From assembly GCA_964486045.1 (NCBI GenBank), contig CAZALK010000006.1, positions 1 to 64,000 of the forward strand: a stretch of DNA of 64,000 bases. The letters run 5' to 3'. The position numbers were made by a program, and so were the translations under genes. The notes beneath the pieces are model-generated. The model did no database searches. It was not told the DNA's origin and was given only the letters and a program-made list of their open reading frames with translations. Positions within the stretch are counted from its first letter, which is position 1. Each line of letters opens with the position of its first letter. Shown here one piece after another: positions 1 through 9,977 of this stretch. This stretch comes from an uncultured archaeon (GTDB taxonomy: Archaea > Asgardarchaeota > Lokiarchaeia > Sigyniarchaeales > SOKP01).

Positions 1-51
1 TGTTAACACCGAATTATTTAAAGGGAGATATATGTTGTTTCTCAATACTAG

Positions 52-525
52 ATTGAAAATTCTTTATACAAATTATTACCCAAAAAATTATGGGACATAT
101 TAAGGAAAAAAGTATATGCTAAAGCAGATTATACATGTTATATATGCCACATCTCTTGAAAGAATAAAATATTAAATGCCCATGAGATTTGGAAATTTCA
201 TTACAATACGGGATTACAACAATTAATAAACATTATTCCATTATGTTATAAATGTCATATGGTAATACATCTGGGAGCAACAATTAAAAGACATCAACAA
301 AATAGAATCAATCTAATTGATATAATAAATCATTTCTTTAATGTAAATAATCTAAACAATCATAAACTTAAAAAAATAGATTGGATTATTAATAAAAATT
401 ATTCATTCCAAATTTGGAGAATACGATCTTTAATAACTTGGAAGCAAATAGACCTAAGAGAAAATACCATTACAAAAGAGACAATTAAACAAAATTTCAA
501 TAATTATTTAGAGGATTATACATAA
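52..525 (+). pseudogene. HNH endonuclease interrupted by an in-frame TGA (157-159); no start codon visible in frame
   Basis: Frame 1 reads WDILRKKVYAKADYTCYICHIS*KNKILNAHEIWKFHYNTGLQQLINIIPLCYKCHMVIHLG (CxxC...HE...LCxxCH) and continues into track ORF 259-525. Confidence 0.75.
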
Positions 526-538
526 AAAGATTAAATTT

Positions 539-727
539 CTAAAATTTTTTATTCTTTTTAGGATTTTTGTAGAAGCCTCGATTTATAAGAATTGAATTAA
601 AAATAATAATAAACCTATTTCCCCAAGACTTTAGAGGCTGAGCTCCCCAAGAACTCGACTCTTCAATTTCCATGGTTAATCGGTTTTGTTTCTTTAATAC
701 TTCAATAATTTTCTCTGGAACGGACAT
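539..727 (-). CDS. Small hypothetical protein, possibly a truncated DNA-binding protein
   Basis: 62-aa ORF; no clear family. Confidence 0.3.
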   Translation of the reverse strand: MSVPEKIIEVLKKQNRLTMEIEESSSWGAQPLKSWGNRFIIIFNSILINRGFYKNPKKNKKF

Positions 728-807
728 TCTAACAATTCTTTTTTTTTAACTTTAATATTTATATTAAGAAAATAGTATATAAATGCTATAAAAATATCAT
801 AATTGAC

Positions 808-913
808 TGATATATTTATATCACAGTTAACTGATTACCCAATGCTATATCTATATCATATTAAAAAGATATAGTAATGATACACTTACATTTCTGATGA
901 TATAATTGTATCA
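808..913. promoter_or_regulatory. Cluster of TGATATA-type inverted repeats (putative operator array)
   Basis: TGATATA-TT-TATATCA at 808-823, CTATATC-N10-GATATAG at 851-874, TGATATA-AT-TGTATCA at 898-913. Confidence 0.4.
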
Positions 914-1373
914 TTGTTATATTTCAATAATTTTTTAATAAATGGTTTATTTTATACGCTAATAGAAACTAATTGATAATTTAAATACTATGATTAACTT
1001 GGTTGCTTTTATTTGTCTTTCTCTATTATTCGGTTAAAAATATTAAAATACAGTCTTATAACTCAAGTTTAAACAAAATTTAGAAATTGAAAAATAATTA
1101 CAAAAATTAGGTTTATAACCAATCAATTATAAAAAATTTATGAAAAGTTATAAAAAAGGTAAAAAGCCAAGACAGGAAGAAAAGGCTAATGAAGAAATAT
1201 AATTTTTTAAAATCTACTATCTTCTTCTAGTAGATCACTCGACATAAAAATCTTCTTAAGAATCTGCACAATCTCCTCATAAAGTATAAATTTAACTCCA
1301 AAAGGGAATTTAAACTTAAACTTCAATTTCGGTAAGAAATTATTAAATAGTTTTTTTATAATCCTAATATCTC

Positions 1374-2021
1374 CTAAAAGGAAAATTCAAATTCTTTTCC
1401 AATTGAAAGAAAAGTTGAATTAATATCATTATCAAGAAGAAATCCTGTTAATTTTTTAGCTCCACCTTCTTTTTCTGTAGTAAAATGATATGGAATTACC
1501 AATTTTAGAGTAATTTTTTTTAAAAATTTTAGATAATCATTAAAATTGCTCTCAAAACAGGCAACAAAGCACAGATCAATTTCATCTTTAAGAGATTTTA
1601 ATTCATTTGAAAACGTAGCTGAATCTGCTGTATGTAATATCTTTTTATTATTTATTTCGATTAGATAAGCTACACATCCTTCAGCTTTCCAACAGTTATT
1701 TTCTAATACTCTTACTAATCCATCATTCAGATTGATATTTGATGTAGGTTGAATTAATGTAAAATCAGTTTTAAATTCTTTTTTAAGACTGAATGGTCCA
1801 TAAACCTCAAGTTCTTTACCAGTTAATACATAATCTTGTCTTAATTCAATTAAATTCTCAATAGTAAAATGGTCTGAGTGATGATGTGTTATAAAGGCTT
1901 TTTCAATCCCTTTTATTGGACGAGAGAGAAATACGGGATCAAAAATTATATGATCTCGTTTGCTAATTATTTCTATACATGCATTTCCTAAGAAGCGAAT
2001 AACAACCATTATAAAATTCAC
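1374..2021 (-). CDS. MBL-fold metallo-hydrolase
   Basis: FLGNACIEI, IIFDP, THHHSDH metal motif, HTADS, VIPYH. Confidence 0.9.
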   Translation of the reverse strand: MNFIMVVIRFLGNACIEIISKRDHIIFDPVFLSRPIKGIEKAFITHHHSDHFTIENLIELRQDYVLTGKELEVYGPFSLKKEFKTDFTLIQPTSNINLNDGLVRVLENNCWKAEGCVAYLIEINNKKILHTADSATFSNELKSLKDEIDLCFVACFESNFNDYLKFLKKITLKLVIPYHFTTEKEGGAKKLTGFLLDNDINSTFLSIGKEFEFSF

Positions 2022-2299
2022 TTTGAATTAAGTTGATACATAATACCTAAAAAAATATTTTTTGAATCACATTTAAACATAATGATTATAGTAGAAGAAG
2101 TGAATTTGATTGGTTTCACTTAAATTTTCTTTTTCATTTTTGATTTCTTCAGTTTCTTACTAAACATGATTACTACAACGGACAGAACGCTAAGCAAAAG
2201 TGATTTTGATTAGTATAATAATACACCGGCTTTCCATTAATTAGATTGTTGGAACTAATAATATGTGCAGACAAATGACGCACATACCCATATTTTACT

Positions 2300-2491
2300 T
2301 TAGGTACTTTTTGTAACATAACATGTAATATTACTAACAGAATAATAAATAAATTTTTTCTTTCCTTCTTTAATTTCTTTTTCTACTTTATGAATTTGAT
2401 CTATACGCCACAATCTATCTCGAGCTTTTACAATTTCTCCTAAATTAAATTCGACTATTAATTTACTTGAAGACGTTTTTGATTCTGTCAT
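2300..2491 (-). pseudogene. Probable N-terminal stub of a SNF2/DrmD-like helicase
   Basis: FNLGEIVKARDRLWRI resembles the GxxVxxRxRxWxV N-terminus of DrmD/RapA-like helicases; ORF ends after 63 aa with no ATPase motifs. Confidence 0.5.
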
Positions 2492-2865
2492 TATTCTAAT
2501 AATTTTTTGTCTAAGATGATTATAGTATAATATTATTGATAATTTATACCTATTTTGCCTTAATAACTGAAAAATATGATTAATAATATAAAAATAAAAT
2601 GTTTGTCTTGCAAGATACTTAGTTTATAATAATTAGAGAATTACTAATAGATTAATAACCGATCTTACTAATTTAAATTCCCAAACCCTATATGAATCTT
2701 AAGATTTGAAAGAATTAAATTTTTAGTTTATAATAAGATATAGTGATGAAGTATATTGTTTAATCTTTCACCTAGATTAGATTGACTATTATGATAATAA
2801 TGTTACTAATCCTTACAGGCAGTATATCCTTTAAAATTGGATTATAAATTTGAAGATTGTAAGAA

Positions 2866-3174
2866 GTGAAAAAAAATAGATTAATGAAAAAGTTAAAATT
2901 AAGTAGATTAGGAGAGAAACGAAATCAACAGGAAATATCTTTAAAAAAACCTATTTATAGTGATTTAAAGTTTTATTTCTTTATTTCAGCCGTTATAAGC
3001 ATTTCTTTAGGATTTTGGTTCCTTATTTCTGTAAAGATATCTGATTCTATTAATTATAGCATAGTGACAAATCTTCTAGGATGGTCATTTGGATTTTTCA
3101 CTCTTTCAATCTCAATTTATGCTTTGATTTTAAAATTTACAAGGAGCACGACTTTAAGTAATTATATCCAATAG
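2866..3174 (+). CDS. Small membrane protein, probably decayed at the 3' end
   Basis: Two hydrophobic helices; a further in-frame hydrophobic segment (ISVANFLLLLGGVIILLIT) follows several stops, to ~3330. Confidence 0.45.
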   Translation: MKKNRLMKKLKLSRLGEKRNQQEISLKKPIYSDLKFYFFISAVISISLGFWFLISVKISDSINYSIVTNLLGWSFGFFTLSISIYALILKFTRSTTLSNYIQ

Positions 3175-3339
3175 TAAGTGAATAGCTAACAGCGTCAAGG
3201 TTGATTTAAACTAAAGAGTCTTGATCCAGCGGATGAGAGAGAAAAACTTCTAAAATTAATTCGGAGAATTTCTGTAGCTAATTTTTTGTTATTATTAGGC
3301 GGGGTGATTATTCTTTTGATAACCTGTTGTTAGCAATTT

Positions 3340-3567
3340 CTATTTTTTAAGATTAAGAAATTCCTCACGAGTCATATCGATATCTTTCAATATTTTTGAT
3401 AATAAACCTCTTCCTATTTTTTCTCCTTTATGATAAGGAATTACAGTTGTACGCCCCTGTGAATCACGAAAAAATTTATGAGAACCCTTTTGCCTTATCT
3501 CTTTAAATCCTTGCGCTTTAAGAATTTTAATTAATTTATCAGGAGGCAACGGATTAAGTTTCTTCAA
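3340..3567 (-). CDS. hicA: HicA family mRNA interferase toxin
   Basis: LKAQGFKEIRQKGSHKFF...TTVIPYH.GEKIGRGLLSKILKD. Confidence 0.93.
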   Translation of the reverse strand: MKKLNPLPPDKLIKILKAQGFKEIRQKGSHKFFRDSQGRTTVIPYHKGEKIGRGLLSKILKDIDMTREEFLNLKK

Positions 3568-3781
3568 AGGAAACCTCTACTTTTTGAAATCCTATAAATT
3601 TAATAGCCTTGCCTAATCGCTCTTTATCTACTTCAAGGTATAATTCTATGGCTTCAATTACTCTTTTATTTAATTCGTCTAAGGATTTTGCTTGTGTATG
3701 ACAACCGGGTAATTCAGGAACGCTGGCAATATAATAATCATCTTCATCCTGTTCTATAACTATATTAAATTCTTTTTTCAT
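3554..3781 (-). CDS. hicB: HicB family antitoxin (short form, no DNA-binding domain)
   Basis: FNIVIEQDEDDYYIASVPELPGCHTQAKSLDEL; overlaps hicA by 14 bp. Confidence 0.93.
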   Translation of the reverse strand: MKKEFNIVIEQDEDDYYIASVPELPGCHTQAKSLDELNKRVIEAIELYLEVDKERLGKAIKFIGFQKVEVSFEET

Positions 3782-3921
3782 TAGGTTCCCTATAATTTAA
3801 TTTCAAAACTTAAAATTCATATATCTTAATCATCTAGTAGTAATCTAACTTAATATTTTTATTTGTTAATTCAATTTATGTAAATAAGCGTTACTCGTGA
3901 GTGAAATTTTTAATAAGGAAA

Positions 3922-4019
3922 ATCATACTTTTGATAATTTGATTGTAATGGGTACATTTTTATTTTTTGGTTTGTTATTAAAACAATAGTTTATTTAAAT
4001 AAACGTTGACTTTAACCAA
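3922..4019 (+). repeat. 98-bp direct repeat, copy 1
   Basis: 96/98 identical to 7568-7665; contains the 16-bp palindrome GTTTATTTAAATAAAC (3989-4004). Confidence 0.95.
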
Positions 4020-4465
4020 AGGTCCAATAAAATAATCAAAATTTATGTCTTCTATTTTGATAAATTCTGCATTTGTCATAGTTAAGTGAAATAATTTCGT
4101 TTTTTAATTGATAATCTATTTCACATGTCTTTATAGAAATGTCATGTTAATAAATATATTTATCATTAAGGGTTTAATAAATGCGAGTGTTTGTCTGTAA
4201 ATAGATTGATTTAAACCGACGAATTAAATGTACAGATTTAATTAATTTTAATTCTAAGCATATGAATCTGCTCTTTAAATACGATAAATAGTTGCACAAC
4301 TTATAAACTAACAGAGTGCAATTGATTACAATAAATAAAAAAATTTCATGAAAAACTGATCATCTATAAGACATTATGATTTGAAAGAGTTTATAGATTT
4401 ATATTGGAATAAAAATAAAATAGAATCACGGAATAGAAATCATTTAAGACAAAAACAAATTATAA

Positions 4466-5335
4466 TTGAAAATGAAAAATAAATATAAATTTGATTTTTC
4501 AGATGCCGTCCAATTAAATATTGAAGACCGAATAACCAGAGCTATTGAATTTTTAACAGAATTTTCAAATGATAAGTCAAAAACAGGGGCATCTGAAAAA
4601 GAGATTTCTTTGTTAGAATCCGAGATGGGAATTTCGTTTCCGGAAGAATATATTAGATTCTTAAAAATGCATAAATATTTTATATTTTACGATGGTTTAC
4701 AAATTTTTGGAATCCCCATGGTTAGAAATGGTATTAAAATTAACAAAAAGCCCTACAAGTTTGGAAAACGATTCTATTTCGGAGGAAAACCTTATTTAAA
4801 ATATCCTAAATATTTCTCGTATTTGGATAATATTAATGGACCAATTTATCGCTCAGGACCAGAACCTTTTGCTCCATCATTTTCATTATCTTTATGGAGG
4901 ATGTGTAAAGAAAGAAAAGAAAAAATAGAATTAGAATTTCGACAAGCAAAAGAGATAGTTGAATTTACTGAAGGTATAATAGAATTCAATATAATGGAAT
5001 TTCTCGAGGATGAAAACTTACCCGGTACTATAAAAGTGATTAGTTATGATGATGGTTTCACAAGAAATCATATAATTGATGGCGAACAAGTCGTAATCCT
5101 TGATAAAGAAATTATAATCCAGTTTGATTATCCTTTAAATAAAGAAGTATACTTTATGTATGAAAATGAAAGCGGATTTACTCGCCTTGATCTTTTTCAG
5201 TGTATTTTTGAAGGATACAAAAAGATATATGATGGGACATATGAGATTTGGGGTCATTCTTTAGGTGAGTTGTATCTTGAGGGTGTATGGTATTTTAGAA
5301 GGGAGAGAACTTTACATCTTCGTATTGGTTCATAA
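4466..5335 (+). CDS. SMI1/KNR4 (SUKH) domain protein fused to an uncharacterised C-terminal domain
   Basis: GASEKEISLLESEMGISFPEEYIRFL is the SUKH signature; C-terminal FDYPL...GFTRLDL...YKKIY...IWGH..ELYLEG. Confidence 0.75.
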   Translation: MKMKNKYKFDFSDAVQLNIEDRITRAIEFLTEFSNDKSKTGASEKEISLLESEMGISFPEEYIRFLKMHKYFIFYDGLQIFGIPMVRNGIKINKKPYKFGKRFYFGGKPYLKYPKYFSYLDNINGPIYRSGPEPFAPSFSLSLWRMCKERKEKIELEFRQAKEIVEFTEGIIEFNIMEFLEDENLPGTIKVISYDDGFTRNHIIDGEQVVILDKEIIIQFDYPLNKEVYFMYENESGFTRLDLFQCIFEGYKKIYDGTYEIWGHSLGELYLEGVWYFRRERTLHLRIGS

Positions 5336-5435
5336 ATAAATGAATTTCAATAATTAGAGTATAATTTTAACTACTAAATTCGTTAGTGGCAATTTGAAAG
5401 AATTCACTCGCAGAATATTATATTTTAAATTAAAC

Positions 5436-5525
5436 TCAAATCGAATATATGAAACAAACGTTTTTTTTATTATCCTTATCGCTTGGATCTGGAGTTCCAG
5501 ATTCATCAACAAATGCAAAATACAT
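5436..5525 (-). pseudogene. DUF3800-like N-terminal stub (29 aa, not in the ORF track)
   Basis: Manual translation MYFAFVDESGTPDPSDKDNKKNVCFIYSI*; xxDESG start typical of DUF3800; A8 run just before similarity is lost. Confidence 0.6.
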
Positions 5526-6308
5526 GTGATCTAATCATCTATTATAATTTTTATGGGTGATTCTATCTCCGTCTTTTAGTGAATAAGATTAAGATAATAA
5601 TTAGTTTTTTGAAAATTAGTTTACATTGGGGTTATATTTTAAAAATTCATAATCCAATTATTTTAATAACCACTTATGTGCTATTTGTTGAAGAAAATTT
5701 AAAACTCAATATTAAAAGCAAATCTAGAAGCTTAAGAAGATATTAGAGGTAGTACCGAATATTTTCCTCGTTATGGGAATACAATTTTTGCAGAAAAGAG
5801 AAATATGATGAATAAATATTATAGGCGAAATCCAAAGGGAGGGGAAGTAGGATATCAATATCCTAATTGCTCAGATATACAAGGAAATTGAATAGGACAA
5901 GTATCTATGACATTTTTTTTTTCAGTTTTTTCTATTTCAAATCACCTATTTTGGTTTAATTATATTTGGTTCAATTTTTTTTAAAGAGGGTTTGGAGTCT
6001 AATTTTTAGATTTATCAAAGTCAACGGATGTTTAATGTGATGTAAATATTTAGTTATAAAAATGGAATATAGATAGGAATAGCATTAATAAAAAATAGAT
6101 GCTAAATTGTGGATTATTGGAAATTATTAAAATGTTCTTTATTCATAGAAAGATAATATTAATAATTAAATAATTCAATAAATCAATTTAAATACTTAGT
6201 TGAATATTTTTAAATTAAAGAGTACATTAATCGAGTTAAGGATTGAATTAACCGACTAAAAATAAAATAATTAAATAATAAAATAATCAACGAAAAAATA
6301 GAATCCCT

Positions 6309-7091
6309 ATGGACATTAAAAATTTAGAAGCAAGTCTTGTGAAGGCAGAAGAATATCTTATTATTGTAAGAAAGATTGAAAATCGGGAAAGTACAAACGC
6401 AGAATAAGAATACATTCAAGCAAATGCCAATAGAATACAAAAAGATGTGATGAAATTGGGGCATGGAATTATTTATTATAGAAGACCATGGGGTATAGAA
6501 ATATTTCAGAATTATCAAATTATTGCTAATTTTCCAATTATGTTAATGACCCGTGGATTAAAAGATGAAGCTAAGGGGTTAATACCTACCGTAAAACAAA
6601 CATTATTGGCATACATACAAGAAGTTAAGGAATTAATAGAAAATCCTAAAGATCTAAATAAGAGTATAATTACAATTGATTTCTTTGAGATAATTAAAGA
6701 TATTAAGAAGAATTTTAGAAAAATTGTAAAAAGTGATCCTGAAAGTGAAAAAGATGTTCAAAACTATTTAGAAACTTTCTTGGATGTTAAAGGATACAAT
6801 TTTTTAAGAGAAAAAGAAAATATTGAATTTTCAGAAAAAACATTCTTTCCTGATTTTACTCAAAAGAAATTAAATATAGCAATAGAGGTAAAATTTCTAG
6901 ATAAAAAAGGTAAAGCTAGCCAAATAATTGAAGAGATGTCTGCTGATATAAATCCATATTCTAAAAAATGGAAGAATATATTATTTTTAGTTTATGATAA
7001 GGGAGGAAATATTAGAGATGTTGATTCTTTTATAATAGATTTTAACAAAAATGGGGATGCAATATTAAGATGTATAGTTATAAAACATTAA
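6309..7091 (+). pseudogene. PD-(D/E)XK nuclease (DpnII/MboI-like REase domain) with a premature TAA at 6405-6407
   Basis: ATG 6309 is in frame with track ORF 6447-7091 across a single TAA; EKDVQNYL...PDF...AIEVK...EEMSADI..Y...LFLVYD. Confidence 0.7.
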
Positions 7092-7129
7092 CATAAAGAT
7101 AATTTAAATAAAAATGATACGGTGTTATT

Positions 7130-7462
7130 ATGTTGGATAAAAATCAAATTAATCTGATAGTAAAAGAGTTAATAAAAAATAACTACGTTTCAATTGGTAA
7201 ATACAGTGATCTTTTTGGAATGATAGAACAAATGGCTATTAAATTGAATTATATTGAATCAAGTAATTCTGATAGAATGGAATCTGGAATAGACTTAGAA
7301 GATGATGATTTTTTAAAAGTACAAGATGAGATCTGGAAGCTTGTCTTAGAAGGAAAAGTAGCACCTGGGAAAAATAAGATGAACCATTGGTTTCCAAATC
7401 TTCATTTTACTGAGAAGGGTAAAAAATTTAGGGAAGAATTAATTCAAGATGAGGATAAATAA
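7130..7462 (+). CDS. Hypothetical protein, winged-helix-like
   Basis: EIWKLVLEGKVAPG...HFTEKGK resembles a wHTH wing. Confidence 0.55.
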   Translation: MLDKNQINLIVKELIKNNYVSIGKYSDLFGMIEQMAIKLNYIESSNSDRMESGIDLEDDDFLKVQDEIWKLVLEGKVAPGKNKMNHWFPNLHFTEKGKKFREELIQDEDK

Positions 7463-7567
7463 GTCTTTGCTTTAAGATAATTCTCTTAAGTGTTAGTGGT
7501 TTACATTAATGATTGCTAGACAAAACCTCAAGAAAGGGAGTGCAATGAAATTGTATTAAATAAGGAT

Positions 7568-7665
7568 ATCATACTTTTGATAATTTGATTGTAATAGGTA
7601 TATTTTTATTTTTTGGTTTGTTATTAAAACAATAGTTTATTTAAATAAACGTTGACTTTAACCAA
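7568..7665 (+). repeat. 98-bp direct repeat, copy 2, ending 66 bp upstream of the resident operon
   Basis: Matches 3922-4019 with 2 substitutions; palindrome at 7635-7650. Confidence 0.95.
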
Positions 7666-7731
7666 TCATTAATGAAATTATATCTAAAAGAAATTAGTAA
7701 ATAATTATTACTTTGAGGAAATTAACCAAAA

Positions 7732-8919
7732 ATGATTCTATCTTTTCCTTGTATGGGTCCCAATGTAGTTGCTTTTAAAACACTGTTTGAACAACTTGGT
7801 ATCGACGTAGTTCTTCCCGATCCAACCAATCGTGAAGCCATAAAAATTGGAGTAAGATATAGCCCAGAATTCGTTTGTTTTCCATTTAAGGCAACTTTGG
7901 GGGATTTTGTAAATGCAATAAAAAAGGGTGCAGATACTTTAGTGATGGCAATAGATTGTGGACCATGCCGATTCGGCTTTTATCATGCAGTTCAGGAAAG
8001 AATTTTACACGATATGGGCTACAAGAATATTAAAGTAGTCCCATTGAATCAAGCAGACTTACTTGAATTTAAATGGGTTAAGACTCTCCAAGAATTAAGT
8101 GGTAGAAGTGATCTATTTGCCTACTCAAAGTTTGTAAAGGCTGTCATATTTTTCTTAAAAAAAGCAAAATTACTGAGTGATATCCAAACAGCGGAAGGAT
8201 TATTTCGAGCTTATGAACGAAATCAAGGAGATACAACTGATGTTTTTAAAGCCGTAATAAATAAACTTGATCAAACTAATTCCTTTAAGGAGTTAAGAAG
8301 GTTTAAAAATGTAATTAAGGAAGATTTTAATAAAATTGATGTAGACAAAACAAGAACTCCTTTACGAGCTGCAGTTTTTGGGGAAATTCATATAAGTTTA
8401 GAACCATTTGTTAATGTAGATATTAGACGTAAACTCGGAGAAATGGGTGTAGAGATACATCAAAATTTAAGCTTATGGGATTGGATTTCTCATAAATTTC
8501 ATCTAAATTTTCATCGAAAATGGTTAGAACACTTATCTCATCCGTACATTCCAATGGATATTGGAGGAGAATGCCAATGGGTTCTAGGAGAATATATTGA
8601 TCGTGCCCAGAGTGGATTTGATGGTGCATTTCATGTGTATCCTTTTACTTGCATGCCCGAAGTCACTGCTCGGACGATTATAACTAATAAATTGAAGAAA
8701 ATCTATGATCTCCCGATATTATTCTTCTCTTTTGATGAAAGTTCTGCGAACGAGGGCATGCGCACCCGGCTCGAGGCGTTTTATGACTTAATGGAATCAA
8801 GACGTAAACATAAATTAGGAATTGAAAAAATTTCACTTGAAGAAAACAAGAAAGATTTTTATTCAAAAAATGGATCACACTTTTTTCAAGAATGTTTTCA
8901 ATTACTTCAAACTCAATAG
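7732..8919 (+). CDS. 2-hydroxyacyl-CoA dehydratase-family / CoA-activase-associated protein
   Basis: SPEFVCFPFKATLG, GPCRFGFY, PFTCMPE, FDE...GMRTRLEAF. Confidence 0.85.
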   Translation: MILSFPCMGPNVVAFKTLFEQLGIDVVLPDPTNREAIKIGVRYSPEFVCFPFKATLGDFVNAIKKGADTLVMAIDCGPCRFGFYHAVQERILHDMGYKNIKVVPLNQADLLEFKWVKTLQELSGRSDLFAYSKFVKAVIFFLKKAKLLSDIQTAEGLFRAYERNQGDTTDVFKAVINKLDQTNSFKELRRFKNVIKEDFNKIDVDKTRTPLRAAVFGEIHISLEPFVNVDIRRKLGEMGVEIHQNLSLWDWISHKFHLNFHRKWLEHLSHPYIPMDIGGECQWVLGEYIDRAQSGFDGAFHVYPFTCMPEVTARTIITNKLKKIYDLPILFFSFDESSANEGMRTRLEAFYDLMESRRKHKLGIEKISLEENKKDFYSKNGSHFFQECFQLLQTQ

Positions 8920-8931
8920 AGATGTGATTAA

Positions 8932-9954
8932 ATGGTACAAGTATCTGATAAAGTTGTAAAAGATGATGGAAAGTTAGACGCTTTTCTCGGAATAGATATT
9001 GGGAGTGTAACTTGTAAGTTTGTTTTAATGGATCTAGAGGGTAATCTACTTACTAGCGTCTTCCTACGTAACAGAGGCTCACCTATAAAATCAGCTAAGG
9101 CAGGTATGGAAGGTCTAAGAAAGAATGTTGAGGAAAGTGACGAGTTACTTGAATATGAAATAAGAAGTTGTGGTACTACTGGTTCAGCAAGATATTTAAC
9201 AAAAGCCATTGTTGGTGGTGATCTTGCTAAAACTGAAATAATCGCTCACGCTGTAGCAACGCAGTCTTTGTATCCAGACGTTAGTACAATATTAGAAATT
9301 GGAGGACAAGATTCGAAAATTATAATTCTTCGAGATGATATTATCGTAGATTTCGCGATGAATTCAATATGTGCAGCGGGTACAGGTTCTTTTCTTGATC
9401 ATCAAGCCACGAGACTAGGCATTCCAATCGAAGAGTTTGGGAGTTATGCGATAAAATCTGAAAATCCAGTAAGTATTGCTGGAAGATGTACGGTATTTGC
9501 AGAGTCTGATATGATACATAAGCAAAATGCGGGTTATTCTAAAGAGGATATTATAGCAGGTTTATGTGATTCACTGGTCCGAAATTATATGAATAACATA
9601 GCAAAGGGAAAAGATTTAGAAGAACCAATAGTCTTTCAAGGTGGAGTATCTTATAATAAAGGAATTGTAGAAGCTTTTGAAAGACATTTAGAATGTGAAA
9701 TCATCGTCCCGAAATATAATGTTTTAATGGGAGCCTTAGGAATGGCAATCCTAGTGAGAGATTATTATTTAGATAATCCTACAAAAACTATATTCCGTGG
9801 ACTTAATGTAGGGGATTTAGAATTTAAAACATCAGCGTTCCTCTGCGGTGACTGCCCTAATAATTGCACCATTGTTCAAGTCAAGATGCCGGAGGATGAG
9901 AATAAAGTAATTGCTCGTTGGGGCTCACGTTGTGGAAAGTGGGAGGTATTTTAG
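8932..9954 (+). CDS. Acyl-CoA dehydratase activase (BadF/BadG/BcrA/BcrD ATPase, Fe-S)
   Basis: LGIDIGSVTCK, EIGGQDSK, MNSICAAGTGSFLD, RCTVFAESD, C-terminal CxxCxxxC. Confidence 0.93.
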   Translation: MVQVSDKVVKDDGKLDAFLGIDIGSVTCKFVLMDLEGNLLTSVFLRNRGSPIKSAKAGMEGLRKNVEESDELLEYEIRSCGTTGSARYLTKAIVGGDLAKTEIIAHAVATQSLYPDVSTILEIGGQDSKIIILRDDIIVDFAMNSICAAGTGSFLDHQATRLGIPIEEFGSYAIKSENPVSIAGRCTVFAESDMIHKQNAGYSKEDIIAGLCDSLVRNYMNNIAKGKDLEEPIVFQGGVSYNKGIVEAFERHLECEIIVPKYNVLMGALGMAILVRDYYLDNPTKTIFRGLNVGDLEFKTSAFLCGDCPNNCTIVQVKMPEDENKVIARWGSRCGKWEVF

Positions 9955-9977
9955 GAGATTTGACTTAATTCGTTAAT

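Noticed and set aside
157-159. In-frame TGA in the HNH gene as selenocysteine
   Set aside because: Not at a Cys-equivalent position, no SECIS-like hairpin recognised, and the gene lacks a proper start in a region full of decayed ORFs
5365-5395. Integron attC-like end (CGTTAGTGGCAATT)
   Set aside because: Only a short hairpin; no L boxes or properly spaced R'' partner, no repeated cassette structure and no integrase
4203-6256. Short recurring GATTGA.TTAA(A)CCGAC motif at ~4203 and ~6241
   Set aside because: Only two good copies of ~16 bp with mismatches; cannot be separated from chance
7661-7688. Xer/dif-like site (TTATATCTAAA right arm) next to repeat copy 2
   Set aside because: Left arm and spacer do not fit an 11-6-11 inverted structure, the arm is absent at copy 1, and such a match is plausible by chance in AT-rich DNA
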